NCBI GenBank assembly: GCA_964584335.1
Contig: CAZOZN010000002.1
Span: 2,974-66,973 of the forward strand
Reading direction: 5' to 3'
DNA from: an uncultured archaeon
Lineage (GTDB): Archaea; Aenigmatarchaeota; Aenigmatarchaeia; PWEA01; JAGHBM01
DNA length: 64,000 bases
In this document: positions 12,001 through 18,667 of the stretch, in pieces
Layout of the letters: every line of letters begins with the position of its first letter
Numbering within the stretch: the stretch's first letter is position 1
The notes under the pieces: model-generated
Told to the model about the DNA's origin: nothing
The model's input: the letters and a program-made list of their open reading frames with translations, nothing else
The model's database searches: none
Program-made: the position numbers and the translations under genes

Positions 12001-12835
12001 CCCTTTCCTTTTTTCTTAATTCTTCCTCTACTTTTCTGTCAACATCAACATTGTACTTCACAGAAAGAAATGGATTTTCTTCCTTTACCAAGGGATTTTT
12101 AAGCTTGATTTCCTCAAAACTGTAATCAATCTCATCTATGTATAAAACCACATTATCAAGTTCCATCTCTATGCTGTAAGAACTGTCGGTAAGGTTTTCG
12201 ACACTTAGATTGCATGTTTCCCTGCATTCGTTGTTAAAATTTACTGTAACAGAATCCAAATTAATTTCCCGTGATATCGATGAGGTAGTTTGAAGAGAAG
12301 TTGTTGTGTTTGTTAATTGTTCTGTTTCATTTTCCAAAGTCTTATTTTCTTTTATTGTATTATTTGAGAAGGTATCGTTTTGAATTATTGTCGTTTGTGT
12401 TGTTGATGTTGTAGGTATTGTTGTGTTTACAGAAGTTTCATTTTGTCTAATTGTTGTGGTGGTGTTTTCATCTTTGTTTGTTTCATTCCCAAAAGTAGTA
12501 TTATCTCCTATAATATAACCTGTTATGCCTGATTCTGTCCTTATTATTGTATGGTTTAAAAGTAGATATCTTTTTTCTTCATTTACAAGATAAACTCTTG
12601 CGTATCCTGTATCATTTCCCCTTATGTAACCTGTCGCCTTTAAAAAAGAAAGCTTGCCCTCATCATAATTATCAGGTTCCCAGACAAAACTACTGTTACC
12701 CTCTGCAATTACATCAATTTCCTGAGACTCCGCGGCAGTATAGAGACCAGTTATGCCGCTTCTTTCATAAAAGACCAAAGGACTGAGCGCCAGAATTATA
12801 AGTGAGAATAGCAAAAATTCCCTTAAAATTTTCAT
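95..12835 (-). CDS. Giant membrane-anchored surface protein with S8 subtilase domain, Cys-rich repeats, Thr/Ser linker, beta-propeller, NosD-like beta-helices, LamG and Ig-like repeats
   Basis: Hydrophobic N-terminus; S8 motifs VLDTG, HGTKV, AAAGN, GTSFSAPH; LamG motifs FTLEAWV, WYHVVGTWDG, GRIDEVKIYNR; many NxS/T sequons; C-terminal TM plus RTRK. Start 12835 chosen for GGAGGTG SD and ATGA overlap. Confidence 0.9.
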   Translation of the reverse strand: MKILREFLLFSLIILALSPLVFYERSGITGLYTAAESQEIDVIAEGNSSFVWEPDNYDEGKLSFLKATGYIRGNDTGYARVYLVNEEKRYLLLNHTIIRTESGITGYIIGDNTTFGNETNKDENTTTTIRQNETSVNTTIPTTSTTQTTIIQNDTFSNNTIKENKTLENETEQLTNTTTSLQTTSSISREINLDSVTVNFNNECRETCNLSVENLTDSSYSIEMELDNVVLYIDEIDYSFEEIKLKNPLVKEENPFLSVKYNVDVDRKVEEELRKKERVRVLVRARNQSAYWKLINERIPSLRGSESYDRKTKGLDRINFISTKLSEEDLELLRNNTDILEIRIDSKFSLLLEESLPIIRWNESVDEFNLTGSGKTVCVLDTGVSGIDFLDGYDFVNNDTDPEDNNGHGTKVVSIIDEIAPDADILVAKVINGSGFGYESDVLAGLEWCIDQEPDLISFSIGSGNYDGFCDSNLVASMSAQAFDQQIFVVAAAGNEGNRSMKAPACGSKVFSVGATDDNDNIANFSSVNPTLDSFSPGVNITTPSGTGTGTSFSAPHVSGASLLLLEKETLNVTDLKQRLRSTGLPIIYEYNSTLEINISRLDLHNAVKNKKTMEPYDYGWYGDAESGGDYGTLDDKECAEACQKMDENCDTGYCTDDSYPGCSGTCDSTPCIFDTDPCNDAPERFCVCDVETTTTTTTIYDCDSSCQALSYCASGSCSMVNQPNCTVSGCRFGDCKLPVQNNCQPFQECICSASSTTSTSTSTSTSTTSTTSTTSTSTSTSTSTTSTTSTTSTTSTTSTTSTTSTTTTIDSEPPKYSKEGDNSSAGTYPEQNDYVKHYAFWEDDVELDSYTFSWNGTSSWTNYTEKFFDQTNGTVETTNNLGYDSSIAVDSNGVYHISHYDADNRDLRYCNNSGGSWSCTAVETGGVVGMHSSIAVDRFDVLHICHYNDTSRDLRYCNNSGGSWSCSSPDSETQDGYYCSIAVGDKDMVRIVHQEIDNRDLRYCRFYGGSWSCTDVESGGNVGYYNSIAIGRDLISIISHQNASSGNLRYCEESGFNSMSFSCMDADSHATNVYGSFSSIALSPNGVSHISHYDSTNDNLRYCRISGGSPDCGAIDTGGDVGRYSSIAIDENNDIHIVHVNYTVPYRMRYCKGDGGWSCRNIVGLYRYTYGRDRSISINRGTLVAEKYDSMDYAVISYANRTGSDYDLMFTTTENKTYGWSNVSSQATAGAGSLIGWFLYANDTSDNWNYTMPMQTYTVVDSEEPKYFDNSTNSTGAGEDVEFSLRWTDNVGLSGYIFSFCNGTWNGANCLGSGWQNDTWTDESGGFSGTEDWSNVTKVVNSTVGSWIAWQVRANDTSGNWNTSEIYTFNTTLSYVEKPSYSNFGDNVTGPNAGTYVKMYSQWTDESELSNYTFSWNGTNNCSGGWSNVSTSTFQAGNWTNTTKRIPFGCLNKAVGYRFYANNTYGNQNSTSIGTFTVTNIAECTDCDDCESAVGNTSSGDEVRLITTPAEYDGTCIDFNGKDGVTFDCQGNTFDGDGAGSHEYGIILDNTGDGSNYNTIKNCEIRDFYDGIQCQSGRNTTILNNTIHNNANYNVDLDSCPNSTIENNTIHTVKHTGLDEISLIIDTGSDFCLVENNTFYDGRNQKIYLKSRNNTIIQNTFRGTEGDGIGLYQSYNNTIQNNLLKGQESNSYLLRLSYSNYNNILNNEFNGSNFCYGIEVHGSENNIVKYNEIYNATKGIYIFKISSTPSSSNNVSYNNVTYSTSGIYIYKSLDNYLTGNIIKSNTNGLVAYDSSNNLIKLGSIHSNMRDYRLESNSYNNSFVETNFSRERIIHLVDTGSRFNYDHDSGGLFVNTSVDTGGHNLTRKITNWGVSLVKWNDTSSSSLVATYNISGLDASESYNVYNNSVLAYTLSTDANGELEGFTISHDGSEKEIRVVGNAAPKYWNNYTNSSYAGEAVKFGLNWTEDSGLSGYIFSLCNGSWNGTDCGAVSSGSLCYQEFTNMTDNSTNQTSTDEDPPVDGNCALYYTGSYYDDGPDGSLSRDGNWSTSISGPGTYYYFNYTKPDGALSFSLLKIKDGFGSDNLTIPSSCWNYDSSKLVFRFFSNAINGDIDWYCYNTSGDWKNIRNVNQNGAIFEYSMFWNITSSDDNWHNDTWSSFPNGGTQDWSNVTKVINSTYGAGIAWKVYANDTSNKWNNSQTYSFTTKSRCYPPKYGENWTINRNLTCENMNITTDKNLVIDSDMEVVFRRGSINMSSLVVKDNATLKTVLSNETLIVNNNVTIVGRYYVNRTKLLINASRDGHIGIEVTPRGYLEIFDKSIISNGGKVNGGNESAHFFFWVYSSEGFLMNDSSLYYCGWNSDISDYRGRGLWINHSNIVMNNNIIDDGYEGIVFFGSSDNTLTDNTITGQNAGVRLFKGSGSGITGGVISASSGDDYVLMGSDADYFVDTGFTTAREINLNDTSSSFNYKNDSSSGIWLNTSVSTQATLERELLTWKQGELKWNDSNTSGSGVTTTYDLSGLLSNEYYNVYNNSVIAYTLITDGSGNLPSFTINLGSEHEIKVKKVLDCGDYVNESTTLTKNITDCTGTILYINSNDVVLNCDNNYLQSNGSYGINSTGFNNVEIRNCEINMSNSTSDKGIYFSDSDSGKIENNTITVGENEAIYLDSSSYNNITENILNAVSSAAINLSSSSNNTVSNNNATADSYTFTVGSSSPNNTFSDNNITAKSSTAVYVFSSSDENIFTDNNIRASSYGIYISLASENSFEGGSVIASDDDYYLDTAGSKNYFQDTNFTSSREFYLSDTASAFNYKNDTEETVWINTSLSTASQSLTRYLININQTLVKWNDTSSASLSARYNISGLQTATGYNIYNDSSLVSYLTTDGSGILPSFTVGHDTNKHEIMVRKNRHPKYVLNSPEDGSYIKENETVLNVTVNDDDGDNMTVSFYNASDGSLICGGNDFYYQEFSNMSDTDSQQTGSDDDPPTDTNPSLMNYGGSYNVPDHAYIDGSWTTGQTTNVGDYYINYTKPNSVLGAFWYTKDESGSRNITISDSCLNQEPLQLFLDFFADAFSANFEYYCYNGTDYEKIGDYSYPMQGAIYEEAMWWNVSSSGVTVTSGSSANCTWSGLGEGTHEWYVNISDNLVTNQSDNWNFTVDTVYPKINWEEPTPSDDESVNLTFVYLNATVTDNTTTSAFFDWNNSLLGYWNFEHVLTNGTVFDNSSYGNNGIMADFGKNKTVSGKRGRALKFNGSEYVNCGNDSSINPTGAFTLEAWVRPESFIGYLISKGYYTGVFDKKNINLFIEYNAGGGGYFHFSNQEDGTSHDVRYDCTDCDENEWYHVVGTWDGKETSDYEIYVNGDGPGTETDMFASYGPSTTTQPLYIGKKYDSSNFFYGRIDEVKIYNRSLSWQEINASYHNGIYRLENNFTSLSEGVYDYEAWAIDSAGNANRTGRNVTIDLPPRYYDPSTNSTGAGEPVLFSLRWTDTFGLDGYIFSLCNGTWNGTDCVEQTTSYSLTVDDTEDENGYSGDCSNPANAYDENWTTFTSVSGPTTTCYIYVNYTIPSDVGAAINEINATIDGAGVPDVNYYCLNNTDSTFVSYGSTEGSPENATIISDCLGGSKLVLRFDLLSGPTGSGNLYEERIFWNISSSGGGWQNDTWTDESGGFSGTEDWSNVTKVVNSTHDAWIAWQVRANDTSGNWNISEIYNFNTTETDPPSITIESPYNITYPNNTIWFNVTLDETGDWCGYSLNGGSNFTMDNDSSTHFYNLTTELSDGSYLVNFYCNDTYGNMNSTSITFTITTMDLKIEKTFLPSILMALENETINVTTDLTVNRTVIDIYQINITDEVPYDFQEPDSSEIYVYFVEFGQSPVDITNDINVNVTDPGGSANKIISVNITNISDTSAGTYMQENDTIRLFYQMNSSRMEAGDYRTMTTNGTFLNVNDNSKEITKDFNITASETLLRGWKDFYYPNPENPQLVTFRIFLEARGGPIGDIYLSDYVPSGGVIGNISVTYVNRTIGEQNLTNTTDYLVLNDSIDILPDGSEVSVYLYNFTYNSTPKWDTYLYDKENITIEYNVTILGGGQWTLPALISGFDPTRDRHIKTEMYTHAYVPLFDISLKILSEVIRSGDELSAVLEMINKGGPKAKVDVLGTYSIKTMDGDVIDERGETFAVREGKVKEISLSTPDDMEPGRYIFETLITYTGREAMAFESFKVEGEEELPLMWILIILAFLILIVLIAILRTRK
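1730..1882. repeat. Internal DNA repeat of the Ig-like scaffold module of the giant gene
   Basis: Near-identical to ~8740-8893 (GWQNDTWTDESGGFSGTEDWSNVTKVVNST); more diverged copy at ~6230-6385. Confidence 0.85.
10405..10575 (-). repeat. Thr/Ser low-complexity linker
   Basis: STTSTSTSTSTSTT... encoded by degenerate short tandem units. Confidence 0.9.
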
Positions 12836-13035
12836 TTCTTTGCACCTCCGTTGAGGTAGCAAAGCTTTGCTATGCCCAGCTTTCTTATCTTTATCTTTCC
12901 AGAGCCCTCCAGCCTGTAAACATACTTGGTAACCGTGTGCCTGTGGGCTCCTATCGCATCCGCAAGGTCAAGTATCATCGTGCCTTCTGGATGCTTCTTG
13001 AGGTATTTTAGTATCTTTTTTTCTATTTCTTCCAT
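12832..13035 (-). CDS. Small winged helix-turn-helix protein, translationally coupled to the giant gene
   Basis: ILDLADAIGAHRHTVTKYVYRLEGSGKI wHTH pattern; its TGA overlaps the ATG of the giant gene. Confidence 0.85.
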   Translation of the reverse strand: MEEIEKKILKYLKKHPEGTMILDLADAIGAHRHTVTKYVYRLEGSGKIKIRKLGIAKLCYLNGGAKK

Positions 13036-13036
13036 T
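12982..13036. repeat. Direct repeat copy 2
   Basis: Identical to 1-55. Confidence 0.95.
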
Positions 13037-13116
13037 AAAAACACTATCTGGTTAATATTTGGAATGGGGGTGAGGGTGTCCCAATTTTTGGTAGACCTAA
13101 ATGGTGGACCTATAAA

Positions 13117-13134
13117 TTGTACATATATGTATAA
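13117..13134. promoter_or_regulatory. 18-bp near-palindrome TTGTACATATATGTATAA, candidate operator
   Basis: Reverse complement of 65-82. Confidence 0.55.
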
Positions 13135-13243
13135 TTATATTACCATGTCGATGTTTAAATAGAACATACGAACTGTCGAAAAAACATTAACAAAAAAACT
13201 CTATTTTAATTTTCATTGACTCTAAGACCTTTATAAAGAAAAA

Positions 13244-13261
13244 CCGACAGCTTTTTAAATA
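13244..13261 (+). promoter_or_regulatory. BRE-TATA promoter
   Basis: CCGACAGC-TTTTTAAATA about 20 bp before ATG 13281; same form as the 5S promoter. Confidence 0.5.
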
Positions 13262-13280
13262 ATATAATACCATTTATTTT

Positions 13281-13673
13281 ATGGGTGTTAAATTGGGTGA
13301 CAAGAATCAGGGGAAAATTCTTGTTTCTGAAGACTTGCTCAAGGTAAGAAACCTGATAGGAGCACCAAGAAAAATAAGAGTTAGGGATAACAGAGAAGAA
13401 GTTCTTACACAGCTTAAGGAGCTGGGCTATAAGATAGAAACAATTGAAAAAAACAAGAAAAGAAACAAAAAGAGCATAACACCCAAAAGAAAAAAGCAGA
13501 TTTTGTTCATACTAAAAGACAAGAAATTGACTTCTAGAAAAGTTGGTAAAATACTCGGTATGTCGAGAAGCAGGGCAAACGAATACCTCAAGTTCATGGA
13601 GGAAGAAGGTATTTTAGTGGGCGAAAAGAAAGGAAGGAAAAAATATTATACAATAAAATTGGTGACAAAATGA
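13281..13673 (+). CDS. Winged-helix DNA-binding protein
   Basis: C-terminal LTSRKVGKILGMSRSRANEYLKFMEEEG wHTH. Confidence 0.75.
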   Translation: MGVKLGDKNQGKILVSEDLLKVRNLIGAPRKIRVRDNREEVLTQLKELGYKIETIEKNKKRNKKSITPKRKKQILFILKDKKLTSRKVGKILGMSRSRANEYLKFMEEEGILVGEKKGRKKYYTIKLVTK

Positions 13674-14419
13674 AGGAAGTTATAGGAATTGTATCGGGCA
13701 AGGGTGGCGTAGGAAAAACCACAACAACAGTTAACCTCGGGATGGCAATGCACAAACTCGGGGAAAATGTTATAGTAGTTGACGGTGACATAAAGAATCC
13801 CAACTTTGGAATGCATCTTGGTGTCTTTGACTACCATGTTACTTTAAACGAGGCAATGGAAAAAAATATCCCTGTTTTTGAGGCCCTTCATATACATGAA
13901 ACCGGTCTAAGGTTCATACCCTCTCATATATCTTTGCACTACCTTAACACCAATCCAGAAAAAATTAAAAACAAGTTTGACCGTCTTGATTCAAAAATAC
14001 TTATAGACTCCCCGCCGGGACTCGACAAAAGTGCCCTGTCAGTGTTGGAGGCATGTGACAGCATAATAGCAGTGACCAGACCGCATCTTCCTGACTTGAC
14101 AGACTGCATGAAGACAGTAGAAGTTGCAAGAGATATGGGGAAAGATATAAAAGGAATAGTTATAAACTCGATGAGATACGAAGACTACGAAATACCAAGC
14201 GAAGAAATAGAGGCGATAACAGGCCTTCCTATAATACAAAAAATACCGTGGGATGAAAATGTTCTAAAAAGCCTTGCAAGAAAAAAACCTATTGTTGATT
14301 TGAGAGATATATCGCCAGCAGCAATAAGCTACTACCAGCTGGCTTCAAAAATAACTAACATAGAATATAAAAAACCGCTTTTCCTGGATTTCAGAAGGTT
14401 TTTCGCCAGGAGATTATGA
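13670..14419 (+). CDS. minD: MinD/ParA-family ATPase
   Basis: Deviant Walker A SGKGGVGKTT, VVDGD, IDSPPG. Confidence 0.85.
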   Translation: MKEVIGIVSGKGGVGKTTTTVNLGMAMHKLGENVIVVDGDIKNPNFGMHLGVFDYHVTLNEAMEKNIPVFEALHIHETGLRFIPSHISLHYLNTNPEKIKNKFDRLDSKILIDSPPGLDKSALSVLEACDSIIAVTRPHLPDLTDCMKTVEVARDMGKDIKGIVINSMRYEDYEIPSEEIEAITGLPIIQKIPWDENVLKSLARKKPIVDLRDISPAAISYYQLASKITNIEYKKPLFLDFRRFFARRL

Positions 14420-14504
14420 ATAACGGCATTAATTATTTATATATGTATTTTTACAAAAATTAACACATCTAATCATTTAGATAAAAAATATGGAGGTGTA
14501 AAGA

Positions 14505-15773
14505 ATGGCAGCAGACAAACCTCACTTAAATTTGGTAACTATTGGTCACATAGACCATGGTAAGAGTACTCTTATTGGTAGACTTCTTTGGGATACCAAA
14601 AACCTACCAGAAGAGCAAATGAGAAAATTAAAAGACTTGGCAAAAGAACTAAAGAAAGAGACTTTCGAATTTGCTTTCGCTATGGATAGACTTAAGGAAG
14701 AAAGAGAAAGGGGGGTTACAATAGACGTTATGCATACGAGGTTCGATACAAACAAGTATTATTTCACGGTGATAGATGCACCGGGACACAGGGACTTCGT
14801 AAAGAACATGATTACAGGAACTTCCCAGGCAGATGCCGCTATTTTGGCTGTTTCTGCAAAAGAAGGTCCCCAAGAACAGACAAAAGAACACGTTTACCTG
14901 GCAAAGGTTTTAGGAGTAAACCAAATGATAGTGGCTGTAAATAAGATGGACACCGTAGAATATGCAGAAAAAAGGTACAAAGAAGTAAGCGAAGAAGTAA
15001 CAAAGATACTAAAGACAATAGGATACGATGCAAGTAAGATACCATTCATACCTGTATCGGCATACAAGGGAGACAACATAGCAAGCAAATCAGAGAACAT
15101 GAGTTGGTACGGTGGCAAGACTCTATTGGAAGCTTTGGACGACATAACAGAACCAGAAAAACCAGTCGACAAGCCTTTGAGATTGCCTATACAGGACGTT
15201 TACTCAATAACCGGTGTTGGTGCTGTTCCAGTCGGAAGAGTGGAAACAGGAACAATAAACAAAGGCGATAAGATTCTTTTCTTGCCGTCAAACGTTACCG
15301 GTGAAGTAAAATCAATAGAGATGCATCACGAAGAAGTACCAAAGGCAAACCCAGGAGACAATATAGGATTTAACGTAAGGGGTGTAGACAAGAAAGCTGT
15401 GAAAAGAGGAGATGTAGTTTGTCATCCAGACAAACCAGCTACAATAGCAAAGGAATTTAAAGCACAGATAATCGTGTTAAACCATCCTAACGTAATAGCA
15501 AAAGGTTACACACCAGTATTCCATTGCCACACGTCGCAGATAGCATGCAAGATAATGGAAATTGAAAAGAAAATAAATCCGAAGACCGGTGAGACAATAG
15601 AAGAAAACCCGGACTTCATAAAAACAGGTGACGCGGCAATAGTAAAGGTTGTACCAAACAAACCTATGGTAGTAGAGAGCAACAAAGAGTTCCCAGAATT
15701 GAGCAGATTTGCTATAAGAGACATGGGACAGACAGTTGCAGCCGGTGTTTGTATAGAAGTAACAGCAGCTTAA
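14505..15773 (+). CDS. tuf: Elongation factor 1-alpha
   Basis: [30 protein letters not shown]. Confidence 0.99.
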   Translation: MAADKPHLNLVTIGHIDHGKSTLIGRLLWDTKNLPEEQMRKLKDLAKELKKETFEFAFAMDRLKEERERGVTIDVMHTRFDTNKYYFTVIDAPGHRDFVKNMITGTSQADAAILAVSAKEGPQEQTKEHVYLAKVLGVNQMIVAVNKMDTVEYAEKRYKEVSEEVTKILKTIGYDASKIPFIPVSAYKGDNIASKSENMSWYGGKTLLEALDDITEPEKPVDKPLRLPIQDVYSITGVGAVPVGRVETGTINKGDKILFLPSNVTGEVKSIEMHHEEVPKANPGDNIGFNVRGVDKKAVKRGDVVCHPDKPATIAKEFKAQIIVLNHPNVIAKGYTPVFHCHTSQIACKIMEIEKKINPKTGETIEENPDFIKTGDAAIVKVVPNKPMVVESNKEFPELSRFAIRDMGQTVAAGVCIEVTAA

Positions 15774-15804
15774 AGGGTTTAAACCCTTTACTCTCTTTTT
15801 TTTT
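15771..15804 (+). terminator. Palindrome plus oligo-T terminator
   Basis: Perfect 20-bp palindrome TAAAGGGTTTAAACCCTTTA followed by a T run. Confidence 0.6.
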
Positions 15805-15889
15805 ATTTTAAACTTCATTTTAACGAAAAAATAAACTATTTAAATGTGACTGTATAACTATTCTCTTAGAAAAATGTTAAAATAGGTAT

Positions 15890-16219
15890 ATGGTGAAAAT
15901 AATGCAAAAAGCAAGGATAAAATTGGCAGGCACGAACCCTGATGACTTGAATAAGGTATGCAACCAAATAAAGGAGATAACAGACAAATTCGGGGTATCT
16001 ATGAGAGGACCCATTTACCTTCCCACAAAAAAGCTTGTAATACCTACAATGAAACAAAAAAAGACAGGAACCGGACACGGAAACGCAACCTGGGACAAAT
16101 GGGAAATGAGAATACACAAAAGGCTTATAGATGTCGGAGCAAACCAAAGAGCGCTGCGTTACATAATGAGGATAAATATACCTGATAATATAAACATAGC
16201 GATAGAACTTACAAACTGA
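15890..16219 (+). CDS. rps10: Ribosomal protein uS10
   Basis: [24 protein letters not shown]. Confidence 0.97.
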   Translation: MVKIMQKARIKLAGTNPDDLNKVCNQIKEITDKFGVSMRGPIYLPTKKLVIPTMKQKKTGTGHGNATWDKWEMRIHKRLIDVGANQRALRYIMRINIPDNINIAIELTN

Positions 16220-16221
16220 TT

Positions 16222-16815
16222 CTAAAACCCTGATAAAGAAAGTACATAATAAAAAAGCGCCACTATAAAACCTGTCAAAATAGTTTTTAAACCGTATATT
16301 ATTTTATTTTCCTTTGCTATTTTTGCCATAAAAATACCCATATAAAACAAAATTATACCGCCAAATAAAAATGATATGTAATAAGAATATTGATTAAATA
16401 CAAAAAATGGAGAAGTTATAATTAATCCGGAAATAAGCGGAGACAGCCCATTTGAAAGGGAAACTAAAAATACGTTTTTTTTCATCTTGTTATGTATATC
16501 TGTTCCCTTCAAACCCTTCATCATGTGTTTTTCAATATTAAAAAAAGAATCCCTGAACTCCGACTTTTCAGAAAGATAAGCACTCCAGCTTCCTGAAACA
16601 AACATAGCAAAGCTAGCTCCTATAGATGGAAGTATTATAATTCTGGGGTCATTGGTACCAACCAATAAGTTGGCTATTATTATAGCCAGAACTGCCAAGG
16701 TGCCGTCAAAAGAGTTTACAACCATGTATCTTCTGACTATTCTATTACTTTTTATTAGATTATTTATCTCTTTAATCATCTTATCAGTTCTTGGTCTTTT
16801 TAAGAACTGCAGCAT
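16222..16815 (-). CDS. VIT1/CCC1-like membrane protein
   Basis: RRYMVVNSFDG, AMFVSG..SAYLSE, multiple TMs; paired with DUF211. Confidence 0.75.
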   Translation of the reverse strand: MLQFLKRPRTDKMIKEINNLIKSNRIVRRYMVVNSFDGTLAVLAIIIANLLVGTNDPRIIILPSIGASFAMFVSGSWSAYLSEKSEFRDSFFNIEKHMMKGLKGTDIHNKMKKNVFLVSLSNGLSPLISGLIITSPFFVFNQYSYYISFLFGGIILFYMGIFMAKIAKENKIIYGLKTILTGFIVALFYYVLSLSGF

Positions 16816-17059
16816 CTATACTATGAACAACTGCGCCGAGTTTTTCTATTCTTTTTCTCAATTTATCAAAGTTAACATTTTTTCCGTTAACAACTATTTT
16901 CAATGTTTCAGTTTCCCTGTCTATTTCCAAAACAGAAATCTCAAGGCTTTCTATACTACTCTCCTTTGAAAGTATTTCCCTTCCGAGTTTTAGAATATCA
17001 GGTTCGTGGGGTTTTAGTACATCAAGAACAACAGATTTGAGGTTATTCAATAAAATCAC
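16784..17059 (-). CDS. DUF211 family protein
   Basis: VLDVLKPHEP and GAVVHSID motifs. Confidence 0.85.
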   Translation of the reverse strand: MILLNNLKSVVLDVLKPHEPDILKLGREILSKESSIESLEISVLEIDRETETLKIVVNGKNVNFDKLRKRIEKLGAVVHSIDAAVLKKTKN

Positions 17060-17115
17060 CTATTTTATTTTTATTATATAGATATAAAAATAAAGAACCT
17101 AATAAATAAACATTT

Positions 17116-17245
17116 GCTGGGATGGCCGAGCGGACCAAGGCGCTAGCCTGGAAAGCTAGTATGCTTCGGCATGCGAGGGTTCGAAAGTGTATATTTTCTT
17201 TTATCAAAAGAGAAAATAATGCTGTAATTCCCTCTCCCAGCGCCA
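17116..17245 (+). tRNA. tRNA-Ser(GGA) with a 43-nt T-loop intron (59/60; 17186-17228)
   Basis: Acceptor GCTGGGA/TCCCAGC, CTAGC-CT-GGA-AA-GCTAG, long V-arm, GAGGG-TTCGAA[intron]T-CCCTC, encoded CCA. Confidence 0.9.
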
Positions 17246-17462
17246 TTTGACTTCTTCCAAAACATTTAAATACATTACATTACAAGATTAAAAGTCTCTC
17301 AACGCGATGGATTAGTATAATGAAACACCGCATTCTTGAAAAAGGGCCAAAGAAAAGGTCGTGAAAAAGCTTAAATAACAATAGTATATAATATTCATAT
17401 CCGTTTTTAACGGGTTGGGTGATTGATACGACCAAGTTAAGTATCCAATCAAAGGTGAATAA

Positions 17463-18413
17463 ATGCCACACACACATAAACCAAGAGATGGAAGTTTACA
17501 ATATTGGCCAAGAAAGAAGTCAAAAAGGATATATCCCAATATTTCTAATTATCCGAATGTTAAGGAAGCTAAACCTCTTGCTTTTGCCGGATATAAAGTC
17601 GGTATGACAAGAGTTTTCTTTAAGGACAATAAAAAAGGCTCTCCGACATATGGACAAACTATTTCTCACCCCGTTACTGTTATTGAAACACCTTCTATCT
17701 TCGTTCTCGGTTTGCGAGCTTATTCTAATGATTCAGGTGTCATAAGCGAATTATATGCAAAAGATATACCAAAAGAAATTAAAAAGAAAATCAACATCAA
17801 AAAAAATAAAACAAAAGAATTAGAAGATTTTGACGATTTAAGACTAATTGTATGCACACAGCCGAACAAAACAGGAATAGGTAAAAAGAAGCCCGAAATA
17901 TTTGAGATAGGAGTTGGCGGAGAAAAGGAAGATAAAAAGAAATTTGCAATGGAAAAAATCGGCAAGGAACTAAAAATAAGTGAAGTATTTAGCGAGGGTG
18001 AATATATAGACAGCTTGTCTGTTACCAAAGGAAAAGGATTTCAAGGTGTCGTTAAAAGATATGGTGTCAAGCTTAGAGGCAGAAAGGACGAAAAACATCA
18101 CAGACAGATAGGAGTAATAGGAACAGAAGGAGTTGCAAGAGTTATATATACTGTTCCCCAGCCCGGTCAGGTAGGTTTTCACAGAAGAACAGAATTCAAC
18201 AAAAAAATATATAAAATAGGGGAAGATCCTAAAGAAATAAACCCAAATGGCGGTTTTCTAAATTATGGATTAGTAAAAGATAACTATATACTAATAAAAG
18301 GTTCGGTTTCCGGGCCAAAAAAGAGATTGATATTGCTAAGAGCTCCTGTTAGAGCAAATAAGAAAGGTTATCCAATTGAAATAGAAAAAATGGATAAAAC
18401 AAGTCAGCAGTGA
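17463..18413 (+). CDS. rpl3: Ribosomal protein uL3
   Basis: GSLQYWPRK, FAGYKVGMT, TKGKGFQGVVKR. Confidence 0.98.
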   Translation: MPHTHKPRDGSLQYWPRKKSKRIYPNISNYPNVKEAKPLAFAGYKVGMTRVFFKDNKKGSPTYGQTISHPVTVIETPSIFVLGLRAYSNDSGVISELYAKDIPKEIKKKINIKKNKTKELEDFDDLRLIVCTQPNKTGIGKKKPEIFEIGVGGEKEDKKKFAMEKIGKELKISEVFSEGEYIDSLSVTKGKGFQGVVKRYGVKLRGRKDEKHHRQIGVIGTEGVARVIYTVPQPGQVGFHRRTEFNKKIYKIGEDPKEINPNGGFLNYGLVKDNYILIKGSVSGPKKRLILLRAPVRANKKGYPIEIEKMDKTSQQ

Positions 18414-18418
18414 TTTTT

Positions 18419-18667
18419 ATGATAAAAGATTTTTTAAAACCAAATTTGAAGAAAATTATAATTTTTATTATACTTTTAGTTTTAGGTTTTATTCTAAATC
18501 AATTAGACATTTCTTTTTTCATACTAGATCCAATTACAACAATAATAAAAGGAGTACCCTGTGCTGGAGGATATTGTTCTGAATTGCCTCTTGGTTTTAT
18601 AACTCTAATACTTTTTTACATTTTATCATGTCTAATAGCATATTTCTTAAGAGGTAGAAAGAAATGA
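18419..18667 (+). CDS. Small 2-TM hypothetical protein inserted between uL3 and uL4
   Basis: Two hydrophobic helices around a CAGGYC loop; stop overlaps uL4 start. Confidence 0.7.
   Translation: MIKDFLKPNLKKIIIFIILLVLGFILNQLDISFFILDPITTIIKGVPCAGGYCSELPLGFITLILFYILSCLIAYFLRGRKK

Noticed and set aside
17260-17370. Possible sRNA between tRNA-Ser and rpl3
   Set aside because: No convincing boxes, structure or target that I can identify.
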